Source of the DNA: Monocercomonoides exilis PA203
Taxonomy: Eukaryota > Protista > Preaxostyla
Assembly (NCBI GenBank): GCA_001643675.2
Contig: LSRY02000010.1
Coordinates: 1,178,001-1,242,000, forward strand
Length of the DNA: 64,000 bases
Direction of reading: 5' to 3'
Both the position numbers and the translations under genes were made by a program. Of this stretch, positions 24,901-34,185 are shown piece by piece (positions within the stretch are counted from its first letter, which is position 1; the number at the start of each line of letters is the position of its first letter). Below the pieces are notes generated by a model. The model searched no databases. It was not told the DNA's origin and was given only the letters and a program-made list of their open reading frames with translations.

Positions 24901-27900
24901 AATGCGTATTGTGGAATGGAGAAGGCACCATGTTTGAATGTGAATTATGGGATGGAGCGTTTGAAGAGACCACAGATTGTTCTGCAGGAGATTATTGTGT
25001 GTTCAAAATCAAAGATGGAAGGGTGTGTAAATATGAGCGGGATGAGTTTGAAGGCAAAAATTAAGGCAATTGTCGAAATCGAATGCCAAAGGGAAGTGAG
25101 TGGATCTGAAGAATGCGTTCTGAAATCAGCATCACTGACAGAAATGAAATTTATTGGAATTGTTGTTCCTTCAAGTTTCAGCAGAACAATCACTGATGTG
25201 ATTGAATCGGGCACTCAAAATGGCGAATTGCATATGAAGAACTGTGAGATGAGTGTTTTTGGAGGGAAGCAAAATACAATTGCATTTTTCTTGATCAAAT
25301 CGACAGGAAAGATGATTGAACTGGACTCTGTCACGATTTCAGATGTGAAATCAGCAGTCTCGTTGTTTTCACTTTCGCTTTCAACAGGAAATGTGAATGA
25401 ACAGGAATACAAGGTGAAACTGTTGAATTGCACACTGGAAGGATTGGAGATTGATAGCGGAGTTGCAGTAGAGGGCAAGGCAGCCGTATTTGAAGGGAAT
25501 GTGGGAGTTGAAATGGTGATGAATGGAAGTACAATTAACGGGACATTGTCAGAGAAGAGCAAAGAAGGAGGAGCACTGCAGATAGCGTTGAGTGAAGGAG
25601 GATTTATGACAATTGAAAATAGCTCATTTTCTGGATGTGTCTGTGAGAACGGGAGTGAGAGAGGAAAAGGAGGATTCTTGTATTTGGATTGCCAAAATTG
25701 CTTTGAAGAAAAGCCATTTATTTTTGATGTTGGAGTGACTTTTGAGAACAATAATGCAGCAATTGGAAAAAATGTGTTCATTTTGGGAAAGGATTTTAAT
25801 TCTTCTGTGACAAATGCTTCGTTCAAGTTTGATTATTCATCAATGATAGATGATAAAAATTTGTTTGTGGGAAGTGATAGAAAACATCAAGAAAAGGATT
25901 TGTTCATGTTCCTCGTTCCATTCAGCTCATTTGAGATATTTATTTCATCGAGTGGATTTGATGTTGCAAGATGTGGAAGCGAAGAAGAGCCATGTTTCAC
26001 GATGTGGAAAGGGATGGAAAACATGAAAAAGGAGAATGGAAAGAAGACAATGCAAATTGAAGGATCAACTGTTATTCGAGATTCATTCAACTTATCCAAT
26101 TTATTGATCAAAAAAGCTACTTCAATAGGAGAAGAGAACACGAAAACAGTCTTGAATTTTGAAAAGGCAGCTGGAAGTCAACTGGAGTATTTCATGGGAA
26201 ATGATGATCATCTTGAATTGACGAATATCCATCTCCAACTGACGTCTGGATTTGACAATTCAGCCAAAACAATTATTTCAAACAAAGAAGGAGCTTTGGT
26301 GATAACTGGATGTTCATTCCATTCAGAGGCAGAAGTGAACAATGGATTTGATTGTGTATTTGTGGATGCGATTGGAGGAACTGTGGAAGTGAATGATTTG
26401 TCTGTTGAATCATGCGATGTTGGAGATAGCATTTTTGTCATTCACGATGCTGGAGTTGTTTGCCATTTTGTGAATGTTCGAGTGGAATCATTGAATGAAA
26501 GCAGAGGATGCATTTTGTCAATCAAGAAATCTGAAGCAGGATTGAAAATTAATGAAGAAGATGAAGAATGTGTGAATATTGAGATTGGCAAATCATCATT
26601 TTCAGGAGTGAAGAGAAGTGACAATGGAGCAAGCATTTTGGAGTCAATGAGCGAGAAAAAGATTTGCTTGGTTGTGAATGAGAGCAGCATAACAGAAGAT
26701 AAAGCAGAATTGAGTGAAAAAGGAGGGGCAATATTTTTCACATTGGGAAAGTCTGGTTCAATGAAAATAGTTGAATCAACAATCAGTCATTGCAGCTGCA
26801 GTATTGGTTCAGGGAAAGGAGGGGGAGTGTATTTGGCAACAAAGGAAACAGGGCTTCTCAATTTCACATTTGTGGGGATGAAGTTCAGTGCAAATACAGC
26901 AAAAGTGGGGAATGATATTTTCATTGAATGCTTCAACATCTCATCACAGATCAATGAAACTCAATTTCAATTTGATCTTCGAGAAGGTCATTATTCACGA
27001 ATTAATGTGATATATGGAAGAGATGAATGCGATTATCCGAATGATACAGATCTGATTGGATTTGTAACAATCCATCAGAGCGATATAATAATTGTTAGTA
27101 GTATAAATGGTTCAAATGACAGACAATGTGGAACAAACACACTTCCATGTGATTCGATTGATTATGGCCTTCTACATTTGACTTCAGAGCTAATAAGTCA
27201 AATTCTCATTGTTGAAGAGAGTGTAATAAGTGGAGAGATAAATTTGAAAGAGATGTGCTTGAGCTCGAAGAATAGAGATTTATGCAAAGTTGAAGTGAAA
27301 CAAGGAATTGAAAAAACAAAGGATTCTGTAATTTCAACAACAGGAGAAGTTTCTTTATTGAGAATAAGATTTGTGTTTGATTCAGATTTCATTTCTTCAC
27401 ATGAATCATTAATATCACCGGAGGGAGGGATTCTTGAAATTATGAATTGTTCTTTTTCGTCAAAACAACCTAATGAAGAAGGAAATGCAACTTTTGCAGA
27501 CATTCAATTTCACATTTTCAACATGGCAAAAGGAGAATTACAACTTGACGGATGTTCTTTGTCAAATCTCATTCTTCAAAAATCTGCATTATATCTTTTA
27601 TCTCCTCTTCCATCAGTTATTGATTCATTAACAATATCCAATTCAACAATGGAAACTTCTCTGTTAGATATTAATGAATGTGGTCAATTAACAATTAAGG
27701 ATTTCAATACAGAAAATATCACAGTTGAAGGAAATGAAGAATCATTGATATCTTGCCTGTCAGCGAAAAAGACAATTCAATTGACAAATTGCACAATGTG
27801 TGGAGTCAGTTCAAAGACCGCAAAAGGGAAATTGATGAAATTGGAGAATTGCTTGGATGTGAAAATGGACAGTTGCGTTTTTGATGGAAGTGCAAAGGAA

Positions 27901-29982
27901 AGAAATGAAAAGAATTTGAATTCCGAAGGGGAGATGTGCAAATGGGATGGATCTCTTGTGGATGTTGCGAAGAGTTCAGTGGTGATGAAAGATTCAACAA
28001 TTGCAAATTCACCAGAAGGTGGAATAACAATGAATGGAGGGGCATTGACTGTTAATGATGGAAGATTTGAAAACAACAATCCATCAATTGAAAGATATCC
28101 ATCATTGAGAAGAAATATCATCTGTTCAGATTCTGGAACATTGAATGTGGTGAGTTTGAAAGGAGGAGATGGAGTTTTGCCAAACACTTCACTTTGGATG
28201 TTAAATGAAGGGTGCAGTTTTGAAGGGATTGTTTCAGAGAGAGATTCATCATTCTTCATTCCAGTTCTGGAAAGTGTGGAAGCAAAGGAAGAAGCTGATA
28301 GAATGAAGCTGATATTCAAAGGAATGCTTCTTATCCCATGTAATCTATCATTCTCGGTTGTGAAGAGGAAGGGAGAAGAGAAGGAGATTGAAAAACATGA
28401 TTTTGATTCAAATGGATTTTTGTCAGAAAGAGAAGCAGAAGGACGTGTTGTAAAAGATCTCATCAGAAGTTGTGGAGATGAAGTCGAAGTTAGTGTGTAT
28501 GTTTTGTTTGGAAATACAGAATCTCCTTCATCAACAAATTCAATCGTTCTGAAGAATGCAAGTGAAAATCAGTCAAGCGGAAATGAAAAGATTGTTGAAG
28601 GAGGAAAAGAAGGGAAATCGTTATGGATGTGGATTGTGATAGTTATGGCAGTTGTTCTATTAATTATTCTGATTATATCAATAATATTGGCGATGAGATG
28701 GAGAAAGCAAAAGAGAAGAACAGAAGAATTGGAGATAATCGTGGAAGACAATATTAAAAAGGATCCGAAGCTGATTGAGATGGTGACGATGGAGATGTCA
28801 CCAGAGGAGCAGTGGAGGAGAGCTGAGAGGGAGGCAGAGAAAAAGAACGATGAAAGGATGAAGAAGAGAATAAATGGAAAGCAGATGGTGCATTCTGAGT
28901 CCGAAGAGCATTTGCTGTCTGAGAGTGGATCAACAGAATACATCTTGGGAAAGGATTCAGACAAGATTCCAGAATGGGCACTGGAGAAGGCTGACGAGAA
29001 AGAAGAAGATATTTCGAGAAAGAGAACTCCATCTCCATCCATTTCATCCACTTCAACAACAGATACTTCAGACACGGAATCCACATTTGTTCGCATGGAA
29101 GATGCTTGTCCGACCACCTCGTCGATGTCGAACTTGGTGGATGCCATGGCCTGTTCGTCTCCTCATGAGAAGCTGATTGTGGACTTGAGGGATTCGCTGT
29201 TCATGTTGCTTCATGGAAGGAATAAGACAAAGGAGATGGCAATAGGAAGTTTGCAGGAGAGGGAGCAGACAGCTGCCCAAATCCTGTTCTGGGTAGCCAA
29301 TCTCGCGCTTCACTCATTTGACGAAATGGAAAATCCTCTTCAATCTCTTTCCAATCTGAGCCCTCACATTGTGTTGTTCTCTGAGCACATGGTCATCTGC
29401 ATTGTGATGCACTCAGATCTTTTATCAGATGACAGTTCAGACTCATCATCCATCTCTTCATCAACTATTGTGACATCTGCCAGTGATAATGATGATGATG
29501 ATGACTCTCTGCCTTCATCGGCTTTTGAGGATGAAGATTATTACAAAAAAGAGTGTTTAAGGTGGAAGGCACCAGAGCTGCTGATGAACAAAAACATTGG
29601 AGCAACAAATGAATCAGTTTCATTCTCGATTGGGATGATGCTGTGGGAGTGCTTGACACTTCAAATACCGTTTGGAGATTATGAAGCAGAGATAGCAGGG
29701 CAGAAGATATCCAATGGTGAAAGGCCAAGCTTGGAGAGTGTGAGTGAATCGAGACTTCACAATCTGGTGTTGAGTTGCTTGTTGCAGAAAGTGGGAAGCA
29801 GGCCAACGCTGCTGGATGTGAAGAAGGAACTGTTTGGGATGTATGGAAAAGGCGGATGGGTGATGACAGAAACGGATGCAGTGGGGGTTGTGCCGATCAG
29901 GGTTAATTATGGAAGTGGAAGGAGAAGGGAAAGCGGAGCGATATCAAAAGAAATATTGCTTGTTGAGGAGAAAAATGAATGA
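21943..29982 (+). CDS. Giant intronless receptor-like protein A: signal peptide, beta-helix/Pmp-like GGA repeats, TM helix, pseudokinase C-lobe
   Basis: Open frame from 21814; likely start MANIF at 21943, where homology with copy C begins and a signal-like segment follows. GGA(I/L) and FxxNxA motifs, four Gx(D/E)..CG....PC modules, TM LWMWIVIVMAVVLLIILIISIILAM, then LRWKAPELL..SFSIGMMLWECLTLQIPF..GERP..RPT. Confidence 0.88.
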   Translation: MANIFTSAKAAINIVALIIIVVNCSNGRGIAEKQYQQEMNWEMPKSTISIENSSNKYYNKNDIGAAKVIFSSSVRACCIRTNLNIINTSLCVTHLTLAPLAGCPLITAQHHSAATICSSICQVNPATKSPLFLSAHASLALTNFSLTIHQPDILSFPLFSAPNNLLPDAHSPIPTSFSISHSSFSSFISLIQPFLFSPSSSRLHNHHQSHTHLQIHLNLHLSNTLFSNISSPQSHPSLPFLPSYSLNPFTSTTSSSSSISTNTNTNSIPSFSLHSSLSIRSTIFKHTHNPIDGAILPSLNNPSTSLSAFNASFLHQTRSLSNDAVVHIGTESQRETPGRLTSFDENNHRFEWCEWNNSGDGSSGGALNVECTNANLTICSCSYTKCSSKGHGGALYCLYLSNVIITKSNFTNCSAAHGGAAHTAYPQQNSIYLHSDNKIENCSISSWCGTGWYFYIGAFPLNGQFLFSKCKCITNFGGDSAGSITFYNPPASKPNIFKINDCQFINNKLNSSSTYGGAAIYSYSTYAWMSGTKFISFCFFDGNTAANGRGNDVFFGDSYISQSPFENCGSTTLSKRVWNAGTADNSNFNGWLPFVMPNKVVANSGMDADACGRQGQTPCATIEYALFGFVFFEYTSLTLLNSSFTPSQVLSFRAPNAKITGIGTDATIIASSGIPQPSSSSSSSFSSSSSSSPDPSASSALFQQTQGSLTVSALAIAHNSTNPITPILFHLSGNSPSLNLNTTTITGTTPSSSSITTPLFFLTAGSLALNHTAITQLTLNSQSIFHLTSLTAPLTLNSSNITHITSTATPTSCVLSSATSPALSISLTNCTMTNINSEQLSQQTATNGGCISFASSAPANTFSVSDSTFSSCSVSEDTSSGGRGGALMIEFNHGSQVSESSFCITNIVFSGNKASVGRDVYFVCESLVASVKEPLFTFMRSITQKDNSVVGHDRTEAFGDWDVDLFIFFEGFFSDTIYVDGTSGVENAYCGMEKAPCLNVNYGMERLKRPQIVLQEIIVCSKSKMEGCVNMSGMSLKAKIKAIVEIECQREVSGSEECVLKSASLTEMKFIGIVVPSSFSRTITDVIESGTQNGELHMKNCEMSVFGGKQNTIAFFLIKSTGKMIELDSVTISDVKSAVSLFSLSLSTGNVNEQEYKVKLLNCTLEGLEIDSGVAVEGKAAVFEGNVGVEMVMNGSTINGTLSEKSKEGGALQIALSEGGFMTIENSSFSGCVCENGSERGKGGFLYLDCQNCFEEKPFIFDVGVTFENNNAAIGKNVFILGKDFNSSVTNASFKFDYSSMIDDKNLFVGSDRKHQEKDLFMFLVPFSSFEIFISSSGFDVARCGSEEEPCFTMWKGMENMKKENGKKTMQIEGSTVIRDSFNLSNLLIKKATSIGEENTKTVLNFEKAAGSQLEYFMGNDDHLELTNIHLQLTSGFDNSAKTIISNKEGALVITGCSFHSEAEVNNGFDCVFVDAIGGTVEVNDLSVESCDVGDSIFVIHDAGVVCHFVNVRVESLNESRGCILSIKKSEAGLKINEEDEECVNIEIGKSSFSGVKRSDNGASILESMSEKKICLVVNESSITEDKAELSEKGGAIFFTLGKSGSMKIVESTISHCSCSIGSGKGGGVYLATKETGLLNFTFVGMKFSANTAKVGNDIFIECFNISSQINETQFQFDLREGHYSRINVIYGRDECDYPNDTDLIGFVTIHQSDIIIVSSINGSNDRQCGTNTLPCDSIDYGLLHLTSELISQILIVEESVISGEINLKEMCLSSKNRDLCKVEVKQGIEKTKDSVISTTGEVSLLRIRFVFDSDFISSHESLISPEGGILEIMNCSFSSKQPNEEGNATFADIQFHIFNMAKGELQLDGCSLSNLILQKSALYLLSPLPSVIDSLTISNSTMETSLLDINECGQLTIKDFNTENITVEGNEESLISCLSAKKTIQLTNCTMCGVSSKTAKGKLMKLENCLDVKMDSCVFDGSAKERNEKNLNSEGEMCKWDGSLVDVAKSSVVMKDSTIANSPEGGITMNGGALTVNDGRFENNNPSIERYPSLRRNIICSDSGTLNVVSLKGGDGVLPNTSLWMLNEGCSFEGIVSERDSSFFIPVLESVEAKEEADRMKLIFKGMLLIPCNLSFSVVKRKGEEKEIEKHDFDSNGFLSEREAEGRVVKDLIRSCGDEVEVSVYVLFGNTESPSSTNSIVLKNASENQSSGNEKIVEGGKEGKSLWMWIVIVMAVVLLIILIISIILAMRWRKQKRRTEELEIIVEDNIKKDPKLIEMVTMEMSPEEQWRRAEREAEKKNDERMKKRINGKQMVHSESEEHLLSESGSTEYILGKDSDKIPEWALEKADEKEEDISRKRTPSPSISSTSTTDTSDTESTFVRMEDACPTTSSMSNLVDAMACSSPHEKLIVDLRDSLFMLLHGRNKTKEMAIGSLQEREQTAAQILFWVANLALHSFDEMENPLQSLSNLSPHIVLFSEHMVICIVMHSDLLSDDSSDSSSISSSTIVTSASDNDDDDDSLPSSAFEDEDYYKKECLRWKAPELLMNKNIGATNESVSFSIGMMLWECLTLQIPFGDYEAEIAGQKISNGERPSLESVSESRLHNLVLSCLLQKVGSRPTLLDVKKELFGMYGKGGWVMTETDAVGVVPIRVNYGSGRRRESGAISKEILLVEEKNE

Positions 29983-30312
29983 ATGAATGGAAATATGATA
30001 AGATGTGTGACACTGAAAATCATTCAAGGAACAAATATTTGATTAATTGGGTGTGTGAAGAAAAGAAAGAAATATGAATGGTTGTTGCGATGAAAACAGG
30101 TTGGATATTGGACAAACAGCAATTATGAAAAGCAACACCTTCGAAATAAGAAGAAATGATTTTTAAAACGAGATTGAAGGAGGAAAAAAAAAACAGAAAA
30201 GTGGTTTTTAAATCACGAATTATTTGGAATGGCAAAAATGTTTTTTTCTCAAAATATTGAAATGAATGATGTTTTTGTTCAAATTCGATTAGATGTTCAT
30301 TTTTTTGGAATA

Positions 30313-30524
30313 TGGCTGATCCTTTTTGAAATCAAACTTTTGTTCGAGTTTTGATGATAAAATTTTCCTCAATGGGAAAATAAAGATTATTTATCTTTGT
30401 ATGTATATCTTGATTGAAAGTTTTAACTTGTGTTTTGCTCTTTTTTTTTTCCTTATTCTCATTGAGACAAAAATTTTTTGGTTGAAAACTCGAATGAAAG
30501 TTTGATTTCAAAAAGGATCAGCCA
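30313..30524. mobile_element. Small MITE-like element with ~40-bp TIRs in the 3' flank of gene A
   Basis: TA|TGGCTGATCCTTTTTGAAATCAAACTTT...AAAGTTTGATTTCAAAAAGGATCAGCCA|TA. Confidence 0.65.
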
Positions 30525-33397
30525 TACGCTTTGAAGTTTTCATTTATTTTGACTTTCGTCCTATTTATTTTGTTTATGACATTGCATGAATAATTGTTTT
30601 TGAAGCTATATCATTGTTTTTTCAAAATAGATATTCTTTATTTTTCAAAAATTTATTAAGTTTTGAGAGACAAATGAAAAATTTTTCAATTCTTTTGTTG
30701 GATGTTTTTGATATTTATTTCTCTCTCTTCTTTTTGTCTTGTTATAACTCCATTACAAATCAAAATGCTTGATATTTTTCCTTCATTCAGTTTTTTTGTT
30801 CATTTTCCCAACTGGCAGGTTTTATTTCGAGTATTTATGTGTGTTTTTATTTGAAGGTTTTCTTGTAATTCTTGTAATTCAAATATTTCTTTTTTCAACA
30901 CCTTTTATATTCAGCATCCACTTCATTCTTACAACAAAAATAATGCAAATTTGTTAATGTTAAAGACAGGGGAACAAAAATTTCTTCATTAGACACAAAA
31001 TGAAAAATGAAAATGAAAAGAAGAAAGAAATGAAAAGAAGCCAACATCATTTGTTTAATAAAGAAAAAATAGTTTTTTTCTTTTTTTTTTTTTAAATGAA
31101 AATTAAAATAAACTATTACTAAAACTTCTTAAGATTTTTCAAAGCACTTTGGAAAAGATTTGTTGATAGCATCTGTAATATCTGGTCGTTGTTTCTCTTT
31201 TGTCAGTGACAAATTGAGAAAAAAATATTCCTCAACTGACATTTAGTTTCGAATATAATAAATATTGGGAACTTGACCATATTTATTTAAACTTCGATTT
31301 TTTCAAAATAATAAAAATTGCAGTATATCGATTTTCAAATTAATTATTGCAGTAATTAAGAATTACAATATCGTTAAAAATAACCCTTTTTGACAAATCA
31401 TAAATATCTTGTTAGTCATTTTGTCATTTTTTTCAATTTTCTCTTGTAATGTCACAGAGGCATAAGGGAAAAATTGAAGTTATGAGCAAATTTTTCCAAT
31501 AAATTAATAGATTAATAAATAAATTAATAAATAAATATTCTTATTCACTTTTAAAGGAATGCATATTTGATAGAGCTGAAAAGAGAAATGTTATTGAAAA
31601 GATTCAAATAACAAATATTTTTGAAAAAGAGAGAATTTTCTTGAAATAAAAGACAACTATTCTTGGATTTTCACAGAAAATGGTTCACAACATGTCAACA
31701 ATAACACAATATTCGATAATGCAGAACAGCGAAATCTGATTGTTCAATATTCGATTCAATCAATTGAAAAGAACACTTGCCTCAACATCCCGAATCTCTG
31801 TTTGTTATTTTTTCCATTTTTTGATTTTGAATGTGTTATTCTATTCGAAAATGAAAGTGGAAATTTTTCACATTTTTTTTTAACTGCACACATTTTTATC
31901 TATTTGAACACTCAGTAATTGAAATCGATAAAAATGTCAGAAGTCTCAAATAGAATAAAAATTTTTCTTTTTTATCTTTTCAAGAAAATGGCACATGAGG
32001 GAAAATACAAACTTTCAAGCTTTTTTTTGAACAAATGGGGGAAAATTTTTCTTTTCAAGCATTTTCAATAAAAAATAATGCACTTTTAATTGACTTTTTT
32101 TGATAAAAATACACAATAAAAATGATTCCATTATTCTACATTCGTGAAATGCCACTAAACTTCATGTTGTAAAATCAATGATATCTGATCCCTGATGTGC
32201 AAATCCAATTTTTTGAAAATCAGAGAAAGCGAAACAAAGTTATTAGTGAAGCAAATTTTTTGAACTTTGTGCATAAAAAGCTTGAAAGTCCATATTTTTC
32301 CCCAAATCATTTATTCTTAAATGAACGCATCACTTCATTAAACTTACAGAGATTTCAAAATAAATAGAATTCTGCTATCTGCAAACAAGTATCAAAGAAT
32401 TCATTTCTTTATGCTTTGTGACATGATAAATAGATTAAATGATCTGAATCCATTTCAATTGATCTTTTTTATCACAAAAAGCTCATCCAAGGAACAAAAT
32501 TTTTAAATGAAAAAATTTGAAATGTCAAATTCTGTCACATTTGTTTTGCCCGTATTTGATCAACTCTTTTTTTTTTGATTATTTTTTAAATAATAAGGTA
32601 ATGAAATAATCATGTTGATTTTCAATAATACCAATTGTTTTTTGTTTTGAAAGAGTTTTTCTAGAGTTTAAAATATTTCGAAGTTTTTGATTAAATCATA
32701 ATTAAAAATGATTTTTTTCAAATCCAGAACAATTAATTTCTATTTATAACCAAATATCAAATGTCAATAAGATCAAAATGTGTTGCAATTATCACTTATT
32801 TGTCTTTTGCAATAAAACTTAAAACAAAATGAGCATATTTGTCTTTAATAATAATTGATTCATATTTTTGAAAGCCATAACATTTCACAAAGTTTTCATG
32901 AAAATAAATCTTTGTGTGTGTTGTTCAATTTGAAAAATCCCGAATGTTTTGTTGAAAAAATAAAAGTAATATTTCATGTTTTTATTCAATTTCTATTCAC
33001 TTGAACGAATCTCATAAGAATGTTTAAATAATATTACAAAGTCACAGCTTCCATTTTTGTGAAGTTTCGCAAGTTTCAACAAAAATTTGATCAGCTCATG
33101 ATATATTAATTTATTTGATATTTAAACGTTTTCGACCTGGGTGATTATTTTTGAAATCATCCATTTTTTCGGAGAATGTGTAATTTTCTCTTTCACGGTT
33201 GTTTGCAAAAGAATTTCCATAAAAGCGTTTCGTGTTTAAAAATTACTGTCTTTCAAATGCATGTTATCATTAAAAGACAGAGAAGCACATTTAAGATTTT
33301 AATGAAAATATTAGATTGATTTCTAAATGTTAGCAATAAATTGTCAATTCGAAATTTTTGATTGGAAAAACATGAAATCAAAAAGAATCACACACCT

Positions 33398-33637
33398 GGG
33401 TAATTATTTTCGAAAAGTCGCAAATGTTTAATTTTCAAATAAATCAAAAATTTCATATCTTGATCAAATTTCGGTTCCCGCTCATGCAACTTCACAGCAA
33501 TGTGTTAAATAGCATTGTCAAATTATATCCTTCGCTTTGGTGAAGTTACATGAGCGGGAACAGAAATTTGATCTAGATATGAAATTTTTTATTTATTTGA
33601 AAATTAAGCATTTGCGACTTTTCAAAAATAATTACCC
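33398..33637. mobile_element. 240-bp hairpin/MITE with ~100-bp imperfect arms, flanked by ACCT
   Basis: ACCT|GGGTAATTATTTTCGAAAAGTCGCAAATG...CATTTGCGACTTTTCAAAAATAATTACCC|ACCT; decayed partial copies at ~33055-33160 and ~33860-33890. Confidence 0.75.
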
Positions 33638-33944
33638 ACCTAACAAAAAAATACCACATAAAACGATTTTTCATTTAATACATATTTCGATGAGCATTTA
33701 ATAAACATTGCATCACATGTAATTTTCTGTTTTCAAAAATTATTTAAAGCTTAAACAAAGAAATGTGAATAATTCATGAAAGACTCTGCAAAAACAAAAA
33801 GAATATTCTTGGAATTTTTAAAGGTCAATATGTTTGTTTCATTTCCTCACCAGATATAAAACATTTGCGACTTTTCCAAAAGAAGACCCATATGTTGCAT
33901 TTTTTTTGCAAATTGTTTATTTCTTCTGTTTCTACGAACGGAAT

Positions 33945-34046
33945 AAAAAAAAAAATAAAAATAAAAAATAAAAAATAAAAAATAAAAAATAAAAAATAAA
34001 AAATAAAAAATAAAAAATAAAAAATAAAAAATAAAAAATAAAAAAA
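33945..34046. repeat. (AAAAAAT/AAAAATA)n tandem repeat
   Basis: Directly visible heptamer array. Confidence 0.9.
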
Positions 34047-34185
34047 TCTTTCTTTTCAACTGATAGACAAAAGAAGGAAGAAACTATTATTGCGCATGGA
34101 AAGATTGTTTGAAAAGAAAAAGTTTGCTCAAAAAGAATTCTGTACCCTTTATAAGAATTATTTTAATGAATTTTTTATTTTCCCA

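Larger units (their letters stand above)
21418..30990 (+). repeat. Arm A of a ~9.5 kb inverted segmental duplication
   Basis: 5' flank, gene and ~1 kb 3' flank match the reverse complement of ~44946-54331. Homology ends at GGGGAACAAAAATTTCTTCATT (~30990 / ~44946). Confidence 0.9.

Noticed and set aside
31000-33050. Possible gene or RNA gene in the ORF-free spacer
   Set aside because: No ORF, spliceable frame, tRNA or rRNA pattern that I could support.
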